DNA of 61,350 bases from Campylobacteraceae bacterium (lineage in GTDB: Bacteria > Campylobacterota > Campylobacteria > Campylobacterales > Campylobacteraceae): assembly GCA_031258205.1 (NCBI GenBank), contig JAIRNE010000010.1, positions 1-61,350 on the forward strand, read 5' to 3'. The position numbers were made by a program, and so were the translations under genes. Below the pieces are notes generated by a model that made no database searches, was not told the origin of the DNA, and saw nothing but the letters and a program-made list of their open reading frames with translations. Of this stretch, positions 1 through 9,821 are shown one piece after another (positions within the stretch are counted from its first letter, which is position 1; the number at the start of each line of letters is the position of its first letter).

Positions 1-900
1 GTTAATAGACAAACTGAAACAAAATAATTTGAAAGATTGTATCAAATACCTTTATATTGTCTTTTTTAACGGTTTCTCTGGATTGCCACGCCGATAAAAT
101 CGGCTCGCAATGACGGAGGGGGTGGAGTATTCCCGTAATGACAGAAAATGTGGGGTATTCATTGCAATGATGGAGTAAAGACGGATACCGACATATATAT
201 GAACGTTTCCCCATAGCCCCTCTTGACTTTTGACCGCCCGCGCCCGTGACGAACACCGACATATATATGAACGTTTCCGTATTTTTCTACATTTTGTGTT
301 CTATAAAGACGGATTGCTTTGCTTACAATGATGGAATTGCGTCATTGCGAGCCTCTCCTTCTTTCCGTCATTGCGAGCGACCAGCGGGAGCGCGGCAATC
401 CAGAGGAATTGCCGAAAAAGATTAGTTATTCTATTTTCTTTAAAACAAAAATCTATAGTTTTAATCAAAAACTTAAAATATTAACATTTCGTATTAATGG
501 ATTGCTTCGTCGCTAACGCTCCTCGCAATGACGGGAGGTGTGTTATTGCGAGCGACCAGTAGGAGCGCGGCAATCCAGCAACGCAAAGCGTTTATATCGC
601 AGGACAAACTAAAACAAAATAATTTGAAAATATTGTATCAAATACCTCTTTTGCCAATTCCTATGGATTGCTTCGTCAATTACTGCGTTCTTTCCTCGCG
701 ATGACGGAAAAAGATTTACAATGACAAAAAAGAGGGCTCGCAATGAACATAGTAGGCGTGGATTGCAGGTCAAGCCCGCAATGACAAAAATTGACAATGA
801 CAATGTTTTTATTTCTGTAGCGTCTTATGGATTGCTTCGCCGATAAAATCGGCTCGCAATGACGGATAAACTCGCTTGACAATGACAAGTATGTTTTTGC
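1..900. repeat. Cluster of MITE/REP-like elements (GTCATTGCGAG / GGATTGC hairpin arms around AT-rich cores), cut by the window start
   Basis: Core-A sequence GTTAATAGACAAACTGAAACAAAATAATTTGAAAGATTGTATCAAATACC lies at 1-50, with a degenerate copy at ~596-660. A complete ~170 bp element spans 365-534 with a third core type. Left arms CCGTCATTGCGAGCGACCAGCGGGAGCGCGGCAATCCAG lie at ~365-403 and ~543-578. Inverted arms ...CTCGCAATGACGG lie at ~104-116, ~522-534 and ~853-865. Confidence 0.85.
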
Positions 901-1011
901 GGCTTCGTAAAAAAGCGAAGTCCGTGATAAAATTTATGCTTAACTGACAACGATAAATATATTTTTGCGGTTGCTCTGTCCATATTGTCTTGAAGCAGAA
1001 CAATACAAAAC

Positions 1012-1428
1012 CTACTTGCAGTCCAATTTTATTATTTTTGTGCCGATAGTTATATTATGCTTTTCAAAATCGCCATGTTTAAGTTCAAGCGCAAATTTTG
1101 CCTCTTTTTTGGAATGATGCACGTCAAGAGAGTGCGGTTTCATATCGTCTATTTGAAAAAGCTCCATATTATCGTCAAAAAAACCTATGCTTAAAGCGAC
1201 TCTTGTATCTTTCATCCAAAATGAAAGTCTATCGGCTTTATCCCATACAAATATCATTCCAATTCCGACATCTTCCAAATTTGACAATCCTTCCATGCGG
1301 CTTTTAGGCGTATTTGCATGCGGAAGTTTTTCTATCCTTAAACCGTTGTCAAATTTTATATCGCATAATTTATCGGCAAAAAGCAGAGCGCAAAACAGGA
1401 CGCTTAAAAGTATAAATTTCATATTCAC
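1012..1428 (-). CDS. DUF192 (COG1430) family secreted protein
   Basis: 138 aa with an N-terminal signal-like segment MNMKFILLSVLFCALLFA. GMIFVWDK...SFWMKDTRVALSIGFFD is typical of DUF192. Its start overlaps the upstream gene's stop by 4 nt. Confidence 0.7.
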   Translation of the reverse strand: MNMKFILLSVLFCALLFADKLCDIKFDNGLRIEKLPHANTPKSRMEGLSNLEDVGIGMIFVWDKADRLSFWMKDTRVALSIGFFDDNMELFQIDDMKPHSLDVHHSKKEAKFALELKHGDFEKHNITIGTKIIKLDCK

Positions 1429-2213
1429 CCGTCAAAATTCAAGCGCGGTTGTTTTGTAAGCGCGGCTTTTGTGGGACTTGTTTTTGTAAAACGTATTAAA
1501 TCCTCCGTACTTTTAATCTCCGAGGGGATATTTTGACAAGCGGTTTTAAAAACCTCTGCCGCGCTTCTCGCATCCCAAAGCGCGCGGTGCGGTATATTGT
1601 GGTCTAATCCCAATATTTCGCGCATTGTTTGAAGTCCATACCTTTGTGCTTCTATAGTTCTCATAGCAAATTTTATCGTACAAAGCCGTCTGTTTAAAAG
1701 CGGCGGCAATCCGTAGCGTCTGTATGAGCGCGACAAAGAGAAATAATCAAATTCCGCATTATGCGCGACAAATACGCTATTTCCTAAAAAAAGACGGAAT
1801 TTTTCCAATATCTCTGCTTCGCTTGGCGCGTTTTGCAGCATCTCCTCTGTAATGCCCGTAAGATTTACTATCGCTTCGTTTAATGTCGGCGCATAAATAA
1901 GCGAATGAAACTCTTCTATAATTTCGCCGTTTTTAAGCATCACCGCGCCTATCTCTATAATGCGAGAATCCGAACAGCCGTTTGTCTCTATATCTACAAC
2001 GCAAAAACGCTGTTCTTGCCAAAAACGCCGTCTTGTATTAAGCGTTATCAAATCTCTTTTGAAGCTAACGTCAAGTCCAAGACAGTTAAGACTCTCAATA
2101 TCGTTTATTTCGAAGCCTTCAATATAGCCGCTTTTGTTTAACATTTTGAAAAAATACTCTTGCAGCATATCGCCGCGCGCTAATTTATCCGTAAGTTTGT
2201 CAAAGCTTTTCAA
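1425..2213 (-). CDS. dnaQ: DnaQ-like 3'-5' exonuclease (DNA polymerase III epsilon family)
   Basis: Exo motifs VVDIETNG, FVAHNAEFDY and HRALWDA. It sits beside rpe and rpmB, as I recall for C. jejuni. Confidence 0.8.
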   Translation of the reverse strand: MKSFDKLTDKLARGDMLQEYFFKMLNKSGYIEGFEINDIESLNCLGLDVSFKRDLITLNTRRRFWQEQRFCVVDIETNGCSDSRIIEIGAVMLKNGEIIEEFHSLIYAPTLNEAIVNLTGITEEMLQNAPSEAEILEKFRLFLGNSVFVAHNAEFDYFSLSRSYRRYGLPPLLNRRLCTIKFAMRTIEAQRYGLQTMREILGLDHNIPHRALWDARSAAEVFKTACQNIPSEIKSTEDLIRFTKTSPTKAALTKQPRLNFDG

Positions 2214-2800
2214 GATTTCGCGCTTCTTATAAAATCAATCGTTTTTTGTATATCTTTTTTACCGTATGAAAGTTCTACTCCGCTGTTAACGTCAACGCCG
2301 TAAAATCCGAAACGTTTTATCTTTTCAAGCGCATTTATGTTAATTCCGCCGGCTAAAATGATTTTGGAACAGTCAACTCCGTCAAACCACGACAAATCAA
2401 CGCTTTTGCCCTCCCCGCCGTAATTTTGCACAAACGTATCTACAATGCGGTAAGTAGAGGCGAATTTATGTACGTCTTCTCTCTCTTTTACTCTTACCAC
2501 TCTTATGAACGGTATTTCAAGTTTTGAGAGCAGGTCGTCATCCGCGTCAAAATGTATCTGCGCCAAATCAATCTTTGCCTCTTTGCATACGGCATTGATA
2601 ATCTGCGCGCTCTCATTCACAAAAACGCCTGTTTTTGTTATCAGGGGAGGCAGTTTCAAACTGATATTTTTAGCGTTATTTACGCTGATAAAACGCGGCG
2701 ATTTGGGGTAAAATATAAATCCGACCGCATCCGCGCCGTGTTTAACGCAAAGCATAGCGTCTTCGTAATTTGTGATGCCGCAGATTTTAACTCTCATCAT
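2210..2800 (-). CDS. trpF: Phosphoribosylanthranilate isomerase
   Basis: MRVKICGIT...GADAVGFIFYPKSPR...LAGGI is the classic TrpF pattern. It has 4-nt overlaps with both neighbours. Confidence 0.85.
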   Translation of the reverse strand: MMRVKICGITNYEDAMLCVKHGADAVGFIFYPKSPRFISVNNAKNISLKLPPLITKTGVFVNESAQIINAVCKEAKIDLAQIHFDADDDLLSKLEIPFIRVVRVKEREDVHKFASTYRIVDTFVQNYGGEGKSVDLSWFDGVDCSKIILAGGININALEKIKRFGFYGVDVNSGVELSYGKKDIQKTIDFIRSAKS

Positions 2801-3438
2801 GCTCTCAATGAATCTATCGCTTTTTTGTATGAAGGGGAGCTAAAAATATAATTGCCCGCCACGACTATATCCGCGCCCGCGTTTTTTAGCAGATGTATGT
2901 TTTTATCCGTCACGCCGCCGTCCACTTCTATCAAAGTTTTTAATCCCGCGCCGTCTATCATTTTGCGCAAAATCTCAATCTTTTTAAGCGTTGAAGGTAT
3001 AAAACTCTGCCCGCCAAATCCCGGATTTACGCTCATCAAAAGCGCCATATCAATATCTTCCAAAATGTACTCTATACTCTTTGGCGAAGTGTGCGGATTT
3101 AAAACTATGGCAGGACTTATACCGTAACTTTTTATCTTTTGTATAAGGCGGTGCGGGTGTTTCTCCTCTTCTATATGAAATGAGAGATATTTTGGTTTTA
3201 GGGGAGCAAAAAGTTCTGTGAAAAACGTATTGTTTTCAACCATGAGGTGTATATCCAAAGGTTTTGTTGCCGCTTTCGCCGCCGCGCCGACGACGACAGG
3301 TCCAATTGTAAGATTTGGCACAAAATGTCCATCCATAACGTCTATATGCACCAAATCGCATCCCGCGTCGCAAATCGCTTCTATCTCTTTTTGCAGTTTG
3401 CCGAAATCGGCAGATAAAATACTCGGAGCTACCAACAT
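2797..3438 (-). CDS. rpe: Ribulose-phosphate 3-epimerase
   Basis: APSILSADFGKL...HIDVMDGHFVPNLT...DIHLMV...MSVNPGFGGQ...VDGG are full-length Rpe motifs. Confidence 0.93.
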   Translation of the reverse strand: MLVAPSILSADFGKLQKEIEAICDAGCDLVHIDVMDGHFVPNLTIGPVVVGAAAKAATKPLDIHLMVENNTFFTELFAPLKPKYLSFHIEEEKHPHRLIQKIKSYGISPAIVLNPHTSPKSIEYILEDIDMALLMSVNPGFGGQSFIPSTLKKIEILRKMIDGAGLKTLIEVDGGVTDKNIHLLKNAGADIVVAGNYIFSSPSYKKAIDSLRA

Positions 3439-3532
3439 AGCAAGCCTTTACCAAAAAAATAACGACTATTGTAGCAAAAGTTAACTTATAGCAGTTATTT
3501 TGGTTATAATAGCGCGCAAAAAAAGAGAGAAA

Positions 3533-4513
3533 ATGAAACGACTGTTTGCCGAATGGGAACCGCAAAGTTCGCTTTTATTGGCTTTGCCGCATGAAAAAAC
3601 CGATTGGCTGTCTTATCTTGACGAAATACTTTTTGCCTATAAAGAGTTTATCAAAGCGGCTTCTTTATATCAGCGCTGCACTATCTTGTGCGCCGATAAA
3701 CAAAAAGCTGAAAAACTGCTTGCGGGCATTAATAATATCACTCTTATAGAACTTCCCACAAACGATACATGGATAAGGGATTTCGGCGCGATTGACGTTG
3801 AAATTGACGGTAAGATTGTCTCGTATGATTTTACGTTTAACGCATGGGGAGGGAAATTTGAAGCCGCACTTGACAATGCGGTTAATCAAAAACTTTATAG
3901 CGGCGGTTATATGGAAAATACCCTTATAAAAGTACCGCTTGTGCTTGAGGGCGGCAGTATAGACAGTAACGGCGAGGGCGTGCTTTTGACGACTTCAAAA
4001 TGTCTTTTGGAAGAGAATAGAAATCCAAGCCTTAGCAAAAATGAGATAGACGCCAAACTAAAAGAGTTATTTGGATTAAAACGGATAATCTGGCTTCGGC
4101 ACGGTTTTTTAAGAGGAGACGATACCGACTCACATGTAGATACGCTTGCTCGTTTTATCACAAAAGATACGATAGCTTATACGGTATGCGAAGATAAAGA
4201 GGACGAACATTTTGAGGAGTTGAAAAAAATGGAGGAGCAGTTAAAAAGTACGGGATTTGACCTTCTGCCTCTGCCTCTGCCAAAACCTCTGTTTTACGAA
4301 GGCAAGCGTTTGCCCGCCACTTACGCCAATTTTGTTTTTGTAAACGGCGCGCTTTTGATGCCCGTATATAATGACGCAAACGATTTCGTAGTAAAAGAGC
4401 TTTTAAGCCGCGCTCTGCCCGAATATAAAATAGTCGGAGTAAACGCCGTCGTTTTTATCCGCCAATACGGAAGTTTGCACTGCGCGAGTATAAATAGATT
4501 TATAAAGATTTGA
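3533..4513 (+). CDS. Agmatine deiminase / peptidyl-arginine deiminase (PAD_porph) family protein
   Basis: EWEPQ...TWIRDFG...LEGGSID...[13 protein letters not shown]...GSLHCAS, with a catalytic Cys near the C-terminus. I chose the ATG at 3533 over the TTG at 3500 used by the track. Confidence 0.8.
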   Translation: MKRLFAEWEPQSSLLLALPHEKTDWLSYLDEILFAYKEFIKAASLYQRCTILCADKQKAEKLLAGINNITLIELPTNDTWIRDFGAIDVEIDGKIVSYDFTFNAWGGKFEAALDNAVNQKLYSGGYMENTLIKVPLVLEGGSIDSNGEGVLLTTSKCLLEENRNPSLSKNEIDAKLKELFGLKRIIWLRHGFLRGDDTDSHVDTLARFITKDTIAYTVCEDKEDEHFEELKKMEEQLKSTGFDLLPLPLPKPLFYEGKRLPATYANFVFVNGALLMPVYNDANDFVVKELLSRALPEYKIVGVNAVVFIRQYGSLHCASINRFIKI

Positions 4514-4610
4514 TTTTAATGATTTTATCAACTATTTGTGCTATAATCACAACTTTGCTTGGTATTTTATCATTTTATCAAGCCCAAAAACAGAGTTTAA
4601 AGGATTTACG

Positions 4611-4799
4611 ATGTCAAGAAAATGTGTGCTTACGGGCAAAGGACCGCTTGTAGGAAATAATGTCAGTCACGCTAATAATAAGACAAAAAGACGCTTTTTA
4701 CCGAATCTTCGCACGATAAGAGTTGCTCTTGAGGACGGAACCACGCGAAAGATTAGGGTTGCAGCCTCAACGCTTAGAACGATGAAGAAAAACGGCTGA
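4611..4799 (+). CDS. rpmB: 50S ribosomal protein L28
   Basis: [33 protein letters not shown]. The real start is the internal ATG at 4611, after AAAGGA. Confidence 0.92.
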   Translation: MSRKCVLTGKGPLVGNNVSHANNKTKRRFLPNLRTIRVALEDGTTRKIRVAASTLRTMKKNG

Positions 4800-4824
4800 T
4801 TTTTTACCCCGCAGGGAGTGAATT

Positions 4825-5955
4825 ATGAGCTTTTTTAATAAAAAGGATAAATCACCCCGAGGGCGGCTCCAATCCGCCCCCAAAGTCAAAATAGACAATC
4901 AAATCTATGAGCAGTTAAAACCCTTAAGACTGCCGTTAATACTGCTTGTTTCGATAATGATGGTAGGCACTATGGGCTATGTCATTATAGACGACTTTAC
5001 TCTCATGGACGCCATATATCAATCAGGCTATACATTTACTACCGTAGGATACGGAGAGACAAGCAAAATTTCCACGGCGGGTCGTTTTTTTACTATCGGA
5101 TTAATCATATCAGGGTTTGCCGTATTCTCATTCTCTATCGGCGTTTTGATAGATATGATAAATAAAGGCGTCATCATAAAACTCATCAAGGAGCGCAAAA
5201 TGCTTCAAAGAATCGCACGGCTTAAAAACCATTTTGTTATCTGCCATCACAATAATTTTACGATAGAGTTGGCTAAACAGTTTCGCCAAAACCATATACC
5301 TTTTGTCGTAGTGGATAGCCTGCCGGATTTTGAGCGCATAGCCAAACAAAATCAATATCCTTATTACGTTGAAGGCGAACCGCATACGGAAGTTTCTATC
5401 CTCAAATCTTCTCTCGCATCCGCCAAAGGAGTGATAACATTAAGCGAACATGTAGCGGACAATATCGCTCAAGTCGTTACGACAAGGCTTTACGAAAAAG
5501 AGCTTGGATTGAAAAAAGCCTTTTTTATTATGGCGCATGCAAGCAACGACAGCGAAGCGGAGAGATTGAAAAAGCTTGGAGCAAACTCTGTCGTATCGCC
5601 CTCAAAACTTGTAGCGCAGCGGCTAAGCGCGGTGAGCTTACATCCCGACATGCAAAATATAATGGAAAATCTGCTCTCCAAAAAAGATCCTCCCGTCAAT
5701 ATTGAAGAGGTTGTGATACCGGAATTTTCATGGATAATATTCAAAAAACTGAAAGAGACGCATTTAAGAGAGATAACAAATGCGAGCGTTGTGGGCATCA
5801 GCGATTTAAACGGCAAGTTTGTGCCTATGCCGCGCGGCGATACGATTGTCGGCATAAATGCGAAGCTTTTGATTGTCGGTACGAATGAGAGTATTGTAAA
5901 CTTCAAAAGACTTATCAGACGCAAAACAAAACCGGAGGAGTTAAAATATGTTTGA
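4825..5955 (+). CDS. Potassium channel protein with RCK/TrkA domains
   Basis: Two TM segments flank the selectivity filter TTVGYGE. They are followed by a Rossmann-like RCK N domain (FVICHHN...) and a TrkA-C-like tail. Confidence 0.8.
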   Translation: MSFFNKKDKSPRGRLQSAPKVKIDNQIYEQLKPLRLPLILLVSIMMVGTMGYVIIDDFTLMDAIYQSGYTFTTVGYGETSKISTAGRFFTIGLIISGFAVFSFSIGVLIDMINKGVIIKLIKERKMLQRIARLKNHFVICHHNNFTIELAKQFRQNHIPFVVVDSLPDFERIAKQNQYPYYVEGEPHTEVSILKSSLASAKGVITLSEHVADNIAQVVTTRLYEKELGLKKAFFIMAHASNDSEAERLKKLGANSVVSPSKLVAQRLSAVSLHPDMQNIMENLLSKKDPPVNIEEVVIPEFSWIIFKKLKETHLREITNASVVGISDLNGKFVPMPRGDTIVGINAKLLIVGTNESIVNFKRLIRRKTKPEELKYV

Positions 5956-7129
5956 TATAGTGCCGTTAAAAGGCGGACTTGATAATGTAGAGGGCTTTTT
6001 TTGCGGAGGCGTAAGCGTCGGATTGAAATCTGAGGGCAGAAATGACGTAGCTTTTATAAGAACTTCCAAGCCCGCTTTAGTCGGAGCGGTATTTACGTCA
6101 AATAAATTTCAAGCCGCGCCCATTAAACATTTCAAACGGTACGGCGAAACGTTTTTGACAAATTTTATTTTGATAAACTCTAAAAATGCCAACGCTATGA
6201 CGGGAGAGCAGGGCATAAACGATATAGACGATATTTTCTCCTCTTTGCCGCTTCCTACGGTAAATCCCGTTATGAGTTCCACGGGCGTTATCGGATGCAG
6301 GTTAAATAAAAGCAAAATCGTCAAAGCTTTTGAGCTTTTTGATTTTGAGGGTAAAGATTCTGATGCGGCGGCGCGGGCAATTATGACTACGGATAGATTT
6401 AAAAAAGAGATTTGTTTAAGGGTTGATTTGAAAGAGGGCGGCAGTTTTCATATAGCCGCGATAGCAAAGGGCGCCGGTATGATATGTCCTTCTCTTGCGA
6501 CAATGCTCTGTTTTATAGCCACAGACGCTTTAACGCCCCAAGATGAGATAATTAATCTTTTAAACGAAGCCGCTGAGGAGAGTTTTAACGCTATAAGCGT
6601 GGACGGCGATACCTCTACGAACGATACCCTAATGCTTATCAGTTCGGGTAAAAGCGGCGTTTGGCACAAAGAAGCCTTTACGCAGGCTTTGAAACTTTTG
6701 ACAAAAGAGATATCGCTTTTAATTGTAAAAGACGGCGAAGGAAGCAAAAAAGTCGTTGCGTTTGAAGTGAAAAACGCCGTTACTTTACAGGACGCCAAGA
6801 GTGCGGCTAAAGCTTTAAGCAATTCGCTTTTGGTAAAAACCGCGCTTTTTGGCGAAGACCCGAATTGGGGGCGCATAGCTTCTACGATAGGAGCCAGCGG
6901 CGTTATCTGTGACGAAGAGAGATTGTATATAAAGTATGACGACGTGCTTGTATATTCGCCCTCTCAAAAAGAGATGAGTGCGGAGATTGAGAGTTTGGCA
7001 GCGCGCGTGATGAAAAAAGAGAGTTTTAAAATCACCTGCGATTTGGGAGCGGGAGATAAAAGTTATACGGCGTACGGGTGCGATTTGGGACATGAGTACG
7101 TAAGCATCAACGCCGACTATCGTTCATAA
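5948..7129 (+). CDS. argJ: Bifunctional ornithine acetyltransferase / N-acetylglutamate synthase
   Basis: KGAGMICPSLATMLCFIATDA is the autoprocessing site, and ...DGDTSTNDT...NWGRI... follows. 393 aa. Confidence 0.9.
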   Translation: MFDIVPLKGGLDNVEGFFCGGVSVGLKSEGRNDVAFIRTSKPALVGAVFTSNKFQAAPIKHFKRYGETFLTNFILINSKNANAMTGEQGINDIDDIFSSLPLPTVNPVMSSTGVIGCRLNKSKIVKAFELFDFEGKDSDAAARAIMTTDRFKKEICLRVDLKEGGSFHIAAIAKGAGMICPSLATMLCFIATDALTPQDEIINLLNEAAEESFNAISVDGDTSTNDTLMLISSGKSGVWHKEAFTQALKLLTKEISLLIVKDGEGSKKVVAFEVKNAVTLQDAKSAAKALSNSLLVKTALFGEDPNWGRIASTIGASGVICDEERLYIKYDDVLVYSPSQKEMSAEIESLAARVMKKESFKITCDLGAGDKSYTAYGCDLGHEYVSINADYRS

Positions 7130-7182
7130 GATTTTAATGACAAAATCGTTAAAATAAAAAAATTTTTATAAGGAGAATCGCT

Positions 7183-7410
7183 ATGTTACACGAGTACCGC
7201 GACATTATCACAAAATTAAAACAAGAAGACGCGCATTTTGCTAAGATTTTTGAAAAGCACAACGACTTAGACCAAAAAATCTTAGACGTGGAAGAGGGCA
7301 GGGAGTATCTGGAGCATTTAGAGCTTGAAACCCTGAAAAAAGAGAAACTTCGCCTGAAAGACGAAGCTTATGCGCTTATCGTAAAATACAAAAAAGAGCA
7401 TGAATTGTAA
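7183..7410 (+). CDS. DUF465 (YdcH-like) small coiled-coil protein
   Basis: 75 aa. LKQEDAHFAKIFEKHNDLDQKI is typical of DUF465. GGAGAA lies upstream. Confidence 0.7.
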   Translation: MLHEYRDIITKLKQEDAHFAKIFEKHNDLDQKILDVEEGREYLEHLELETLKKEKLRLKDEAYALIVKYKKEHEL

Positions 7411-7519
7411 AATCAACAACGCCTCTTGCATGGAGGCGTTACTCTATCTGCCGCCAAATGTTAAAACGTTTTCAACGATTAAATATCCCTGCATGTAAAA
7501 CCCAAGAGTAAAAATCAAT

Positions 7520-8010
7520 CCTGTCATTGTAAACCCTCCTTCCGTCATTACAAGGAAATACCCTCTGTCATTGCAGCTTCCCCCTTTTTTTCCATCATTG
7601 CGCGCCGACCTTCCACGTCATGGCGAAAATATCCGCCCCCTCCGTCATTGCGAGGAATGCCTCCCCTCCGTCATTGCGAGCAAACGAAGTTTGCGTGGCA
7701 ATCCAGCAACGCGAAGCGTTAATAGACAAACTAAAACAAAATAATTTGAAAGATTGTATCAAATACCTTATATTATCTCTTTTGACGGTTTTTCTGGATT
7801 GCTTCGTCAGCTTACGCTTCCTCGCAATGACGGAGGATGAGGTAATGACGGAGGAATATGTCATTGCGAGCGTAAGCGCGGCAATCCACACCCTTTTATC
7901 ACAAAAAACGACTTTTTATTATAACCATCATACTGTTTCTGTCATTGCGCGCGGACGAAAATCTCACCCCCCCGTCATTGCGAGCAAACGAAGTTTGCGC
8001 GGCAATCCAC
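7520..8010. repeat. MITE/REP-like repeat cluster (core-A element at 7668-7833 plus solo arms)
   Basis: At least eight GTCATT(G/A)C heads. The full element has left arm 7668-7706, core A from 7718, and right arm CTGGATTGCTTCGTC...CTCGCAATGACGG ending at 7833. Confidence 0.85.
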
Positions 8011-8302
8011 ATGTAAAGCCACAAAACGGCGTTTTAATTGTTTATAACCAAACGGGCAATTTCATTATACCGCTCAATTTACCGCTCATTTACCATTTAA
8101 CCCTATACTGCTTTTTGACTTTTTATTTAGCTCCTTTTGCGGAAAAATGAAAGGGACGCAGCGCTTACCCCCTTATAGATTATTTGCGCGTTCCTTTCCT
8201 TATTTCCAGTTTAAATACTATGAATGTAGAGTAAATCTATCTTTTAACTATCCTTTTATTGTAAAATCAATATTCTTTCGTTATGTTTTCGTAATCATAT
8301 CC

Positions 8303-8311
8303 TGCTATAAT
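8303..8311 (+). promoter_or_regulatory. Candidate extended -10 promoter (TGcTATAAT) for the porin gene
   Basis: TGCTATAAT lies 36 nt upstream of the ATG, with the RBS AAAGGAG at 8334-8340. Confidence 0.4.
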
Positions 8312-8346
8312 TCCCGCATACTTTAAAATAGCAAAAGGAGCAATTT

Positions 8347-9540
8347 ATGAAGTTTGTAAGATTGAGTTTAGCCGCGATTATCGCGGCAGGTGCGCTTAGT
8401 TCTTTAAGCGCGGCGCCTCTTGAAGATGCTATCAAGGGCGTTGAGGTAAGCGGTCAGGCAAGATACAGATATCATTCCCAATCTGATTTTGCCACTCCAG
8501 TTTCAAGCGGCAACAAAGGCGTGGACGCTCACCGTTTTTCGGGTTATTTGCAGTTAATCTCGCCTATAGCGGACGGCTTGAAGTTTGGTACGTCTCTCGT
8601 AACAGACGTATGGAACAAGGGTGAATCCGAAGCGAGTAAACCGGCAGGCGATTTGGGCGAAAGTACTTTTACGTTTGACAAATACTTTTTTCAGTATGGC
8701 GCAGGCGGTTTGAACGTTAAAGCTGGTAAGATAGAGATACCTACTCCATGGACGCAGTCAGCCGCTATTTCAGGCTCTCGCGGCAACGGCGTTTTAGCTC
8801 TGTACTCCATCAATTCCGATTGGACGGTAGCGGGTGCGGCATATTTGCAGACAAACGCTTTAAATGGTTACGCTACGACGGGTTTAGGCAATCTTGACAG
8901 TTATCAAAACTTATACGCTTTAGCGGCTATCGGCAAAGTGGGACCTGTCGGCTTGCAAGTTTGGGCGGCAAATTATGAGCATTTAGCTGACGCGGCTGTT
9001 TTTGGCGAAGCGAAAGTTGCCATAAGCGGCTTTAACGCAAAAGCTCAAGCAAGCTATGTTAAACTTGCAGACCAAGTGGCAGGCGTAGGCGGAGCTATTG
9101 ACGACGCAGGTATATTTGTCGGCGTTGAGGGCGGATATAAAAATCAACAATTCGCCGTAACCGCAGGCTATACGGCGAGCGACAAAGAGCAGCCTATCTA
9201 CACGCTTGACGCGGATGCGGACGGTATTATCAAATTTGGTAAACAACTCTATTATAGAACTACCAATATCAGAGACGTTGGCACGGCATTTTTAAAAGGC
9301 GGCGCGACTTTTGATAAAGTCGGCTTTGAGCTTGGCTACGGCGTAGCGGATTTGGGCGTTACCGACCAAGACTACAGCGAAGCTTACGGTACAGTTACGT
9401 ATAAATATGCTAAAAATTTCGGGCTTGAGTTATACTACTCGCATTTGGATCTTGATAATGACACAAGACCAGGCAAGCCGGGAAAAGCAGCTTCTGATAC
9501 CAACGATGAGATTCGTTTCCAAGCGCAATACAACTTCTAA
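8347..9540 (+). CDS. Major outer membrane protein (Campylobacter MOMP/PorA-family porin), paralog 1
   Basis: The signal peptide and mature N-terminus PLEDAIKGVEVSGQARYRY match the conserved MOMP start. The protein is beta-strand rich and ends in a C-terminal F. Confidence 0.88.
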   Translation: MKFVRLSLAAIIAAGALSSLSAAPLEDAIKGVEVSGQARYRYHSQSDFATPVSSGNKGVDAHRFSGYLQLISPIADGLKFGTSLVTDVWNKGESEASKPAGDLGESTFTFDKYFFQYGAGGLNVKAGKIEIPTPWTQSAAISGSRGNGVLALYSINSDWTVAGAAYLQTNALNGYATTGLGNLDSYQNLYALAAIGKVGPVGLQVWAANYEHLADAAVFGEAKVAISGFNAKAQASYVKLADQVAGVGGAIDDAGIFVGVEGGYKNQQFAVTAGYTASDKEQPIYTLDADADGIIKFGKQLYYRTTNIRDVGTAFLKGGATFDKVGFELGYGVADLGVTDQDYSEAYGTVTYKYAKNFGLELYYSHLDLDNDTRPGKPGKAASDTNDEIRFQAQYNF

Positions 9541-9549
9541 AGTTTTCAA

Positions 9550-9580
9550 AATCCCCCTTTATCGGGGGATTAATCTTTTC
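9550..9580 (+). terminator. Rho-independent terminator after porin 1
   Basis: AATCCCCC-tttatc-GGGGGATT is an 8-bp stem followed by a T-rich tail. Confidence 0.7.
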
Positions 9581-9821
9581 AAATTATCCGAATTTAGATT
9601 TTTTTACGCACATGATTATTTGCAAATATGGGTTTAAATGTAGAAGCGCAAAAAAATGCTGTCAAAACAGCCTCAAAACAACTATTTTCTCACTTTTAAA
9701 AAATAACATAATTATTGCTTTTAGACATTAAAATGCGGTTTGTTTAGCTTTAAATATTTTTTTATGCGGCTACATTAAACTAAAAACCGCCGTTTTTTAA
9801 CGCCGCATTATATCGCGCCCC

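Noticed and set aside
7418-7440. The hairpin AACGCCTC-N7-GAGGCGTT after the DUF465 gene, as a terminator.
   Set aside because: The stem is good but no T-tract follows, so I did not list it as a feature. It could still act as an RNA-stabilising hairpin.
7520-8010. The repeat clusters here, and at 1-900, 9822-10415, 16758-17250, 19020-19235, 20848-21060 and 45352-45710, superficially resemble a CRISPR array.
   Set aside because: The units occur in both orientations around a core and their spacing is irregular (10-60 bp). The units are imperfect hairpins rather than identical 28-37 bp direct repeats. No cas genes or leader are present. The pattern fits MITE/REP-like elements better.
7620-8150. 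ORFs in the track that lie inside repeat clusters. Examples are 7620-8150, 7595-7891, 9830-10051, 9883-10161, 16753-17022, 16784-17065, 17052-17453, 18999-19205, 20822-21070 and 45484-45678.
   Set aside because: Their translations are the recurring peptides VIASEA.../RHCE.../SLRA... that come from reading the GTCATTGCGAG repeats in different frames. They have no RBS and overlap one another on both strands.
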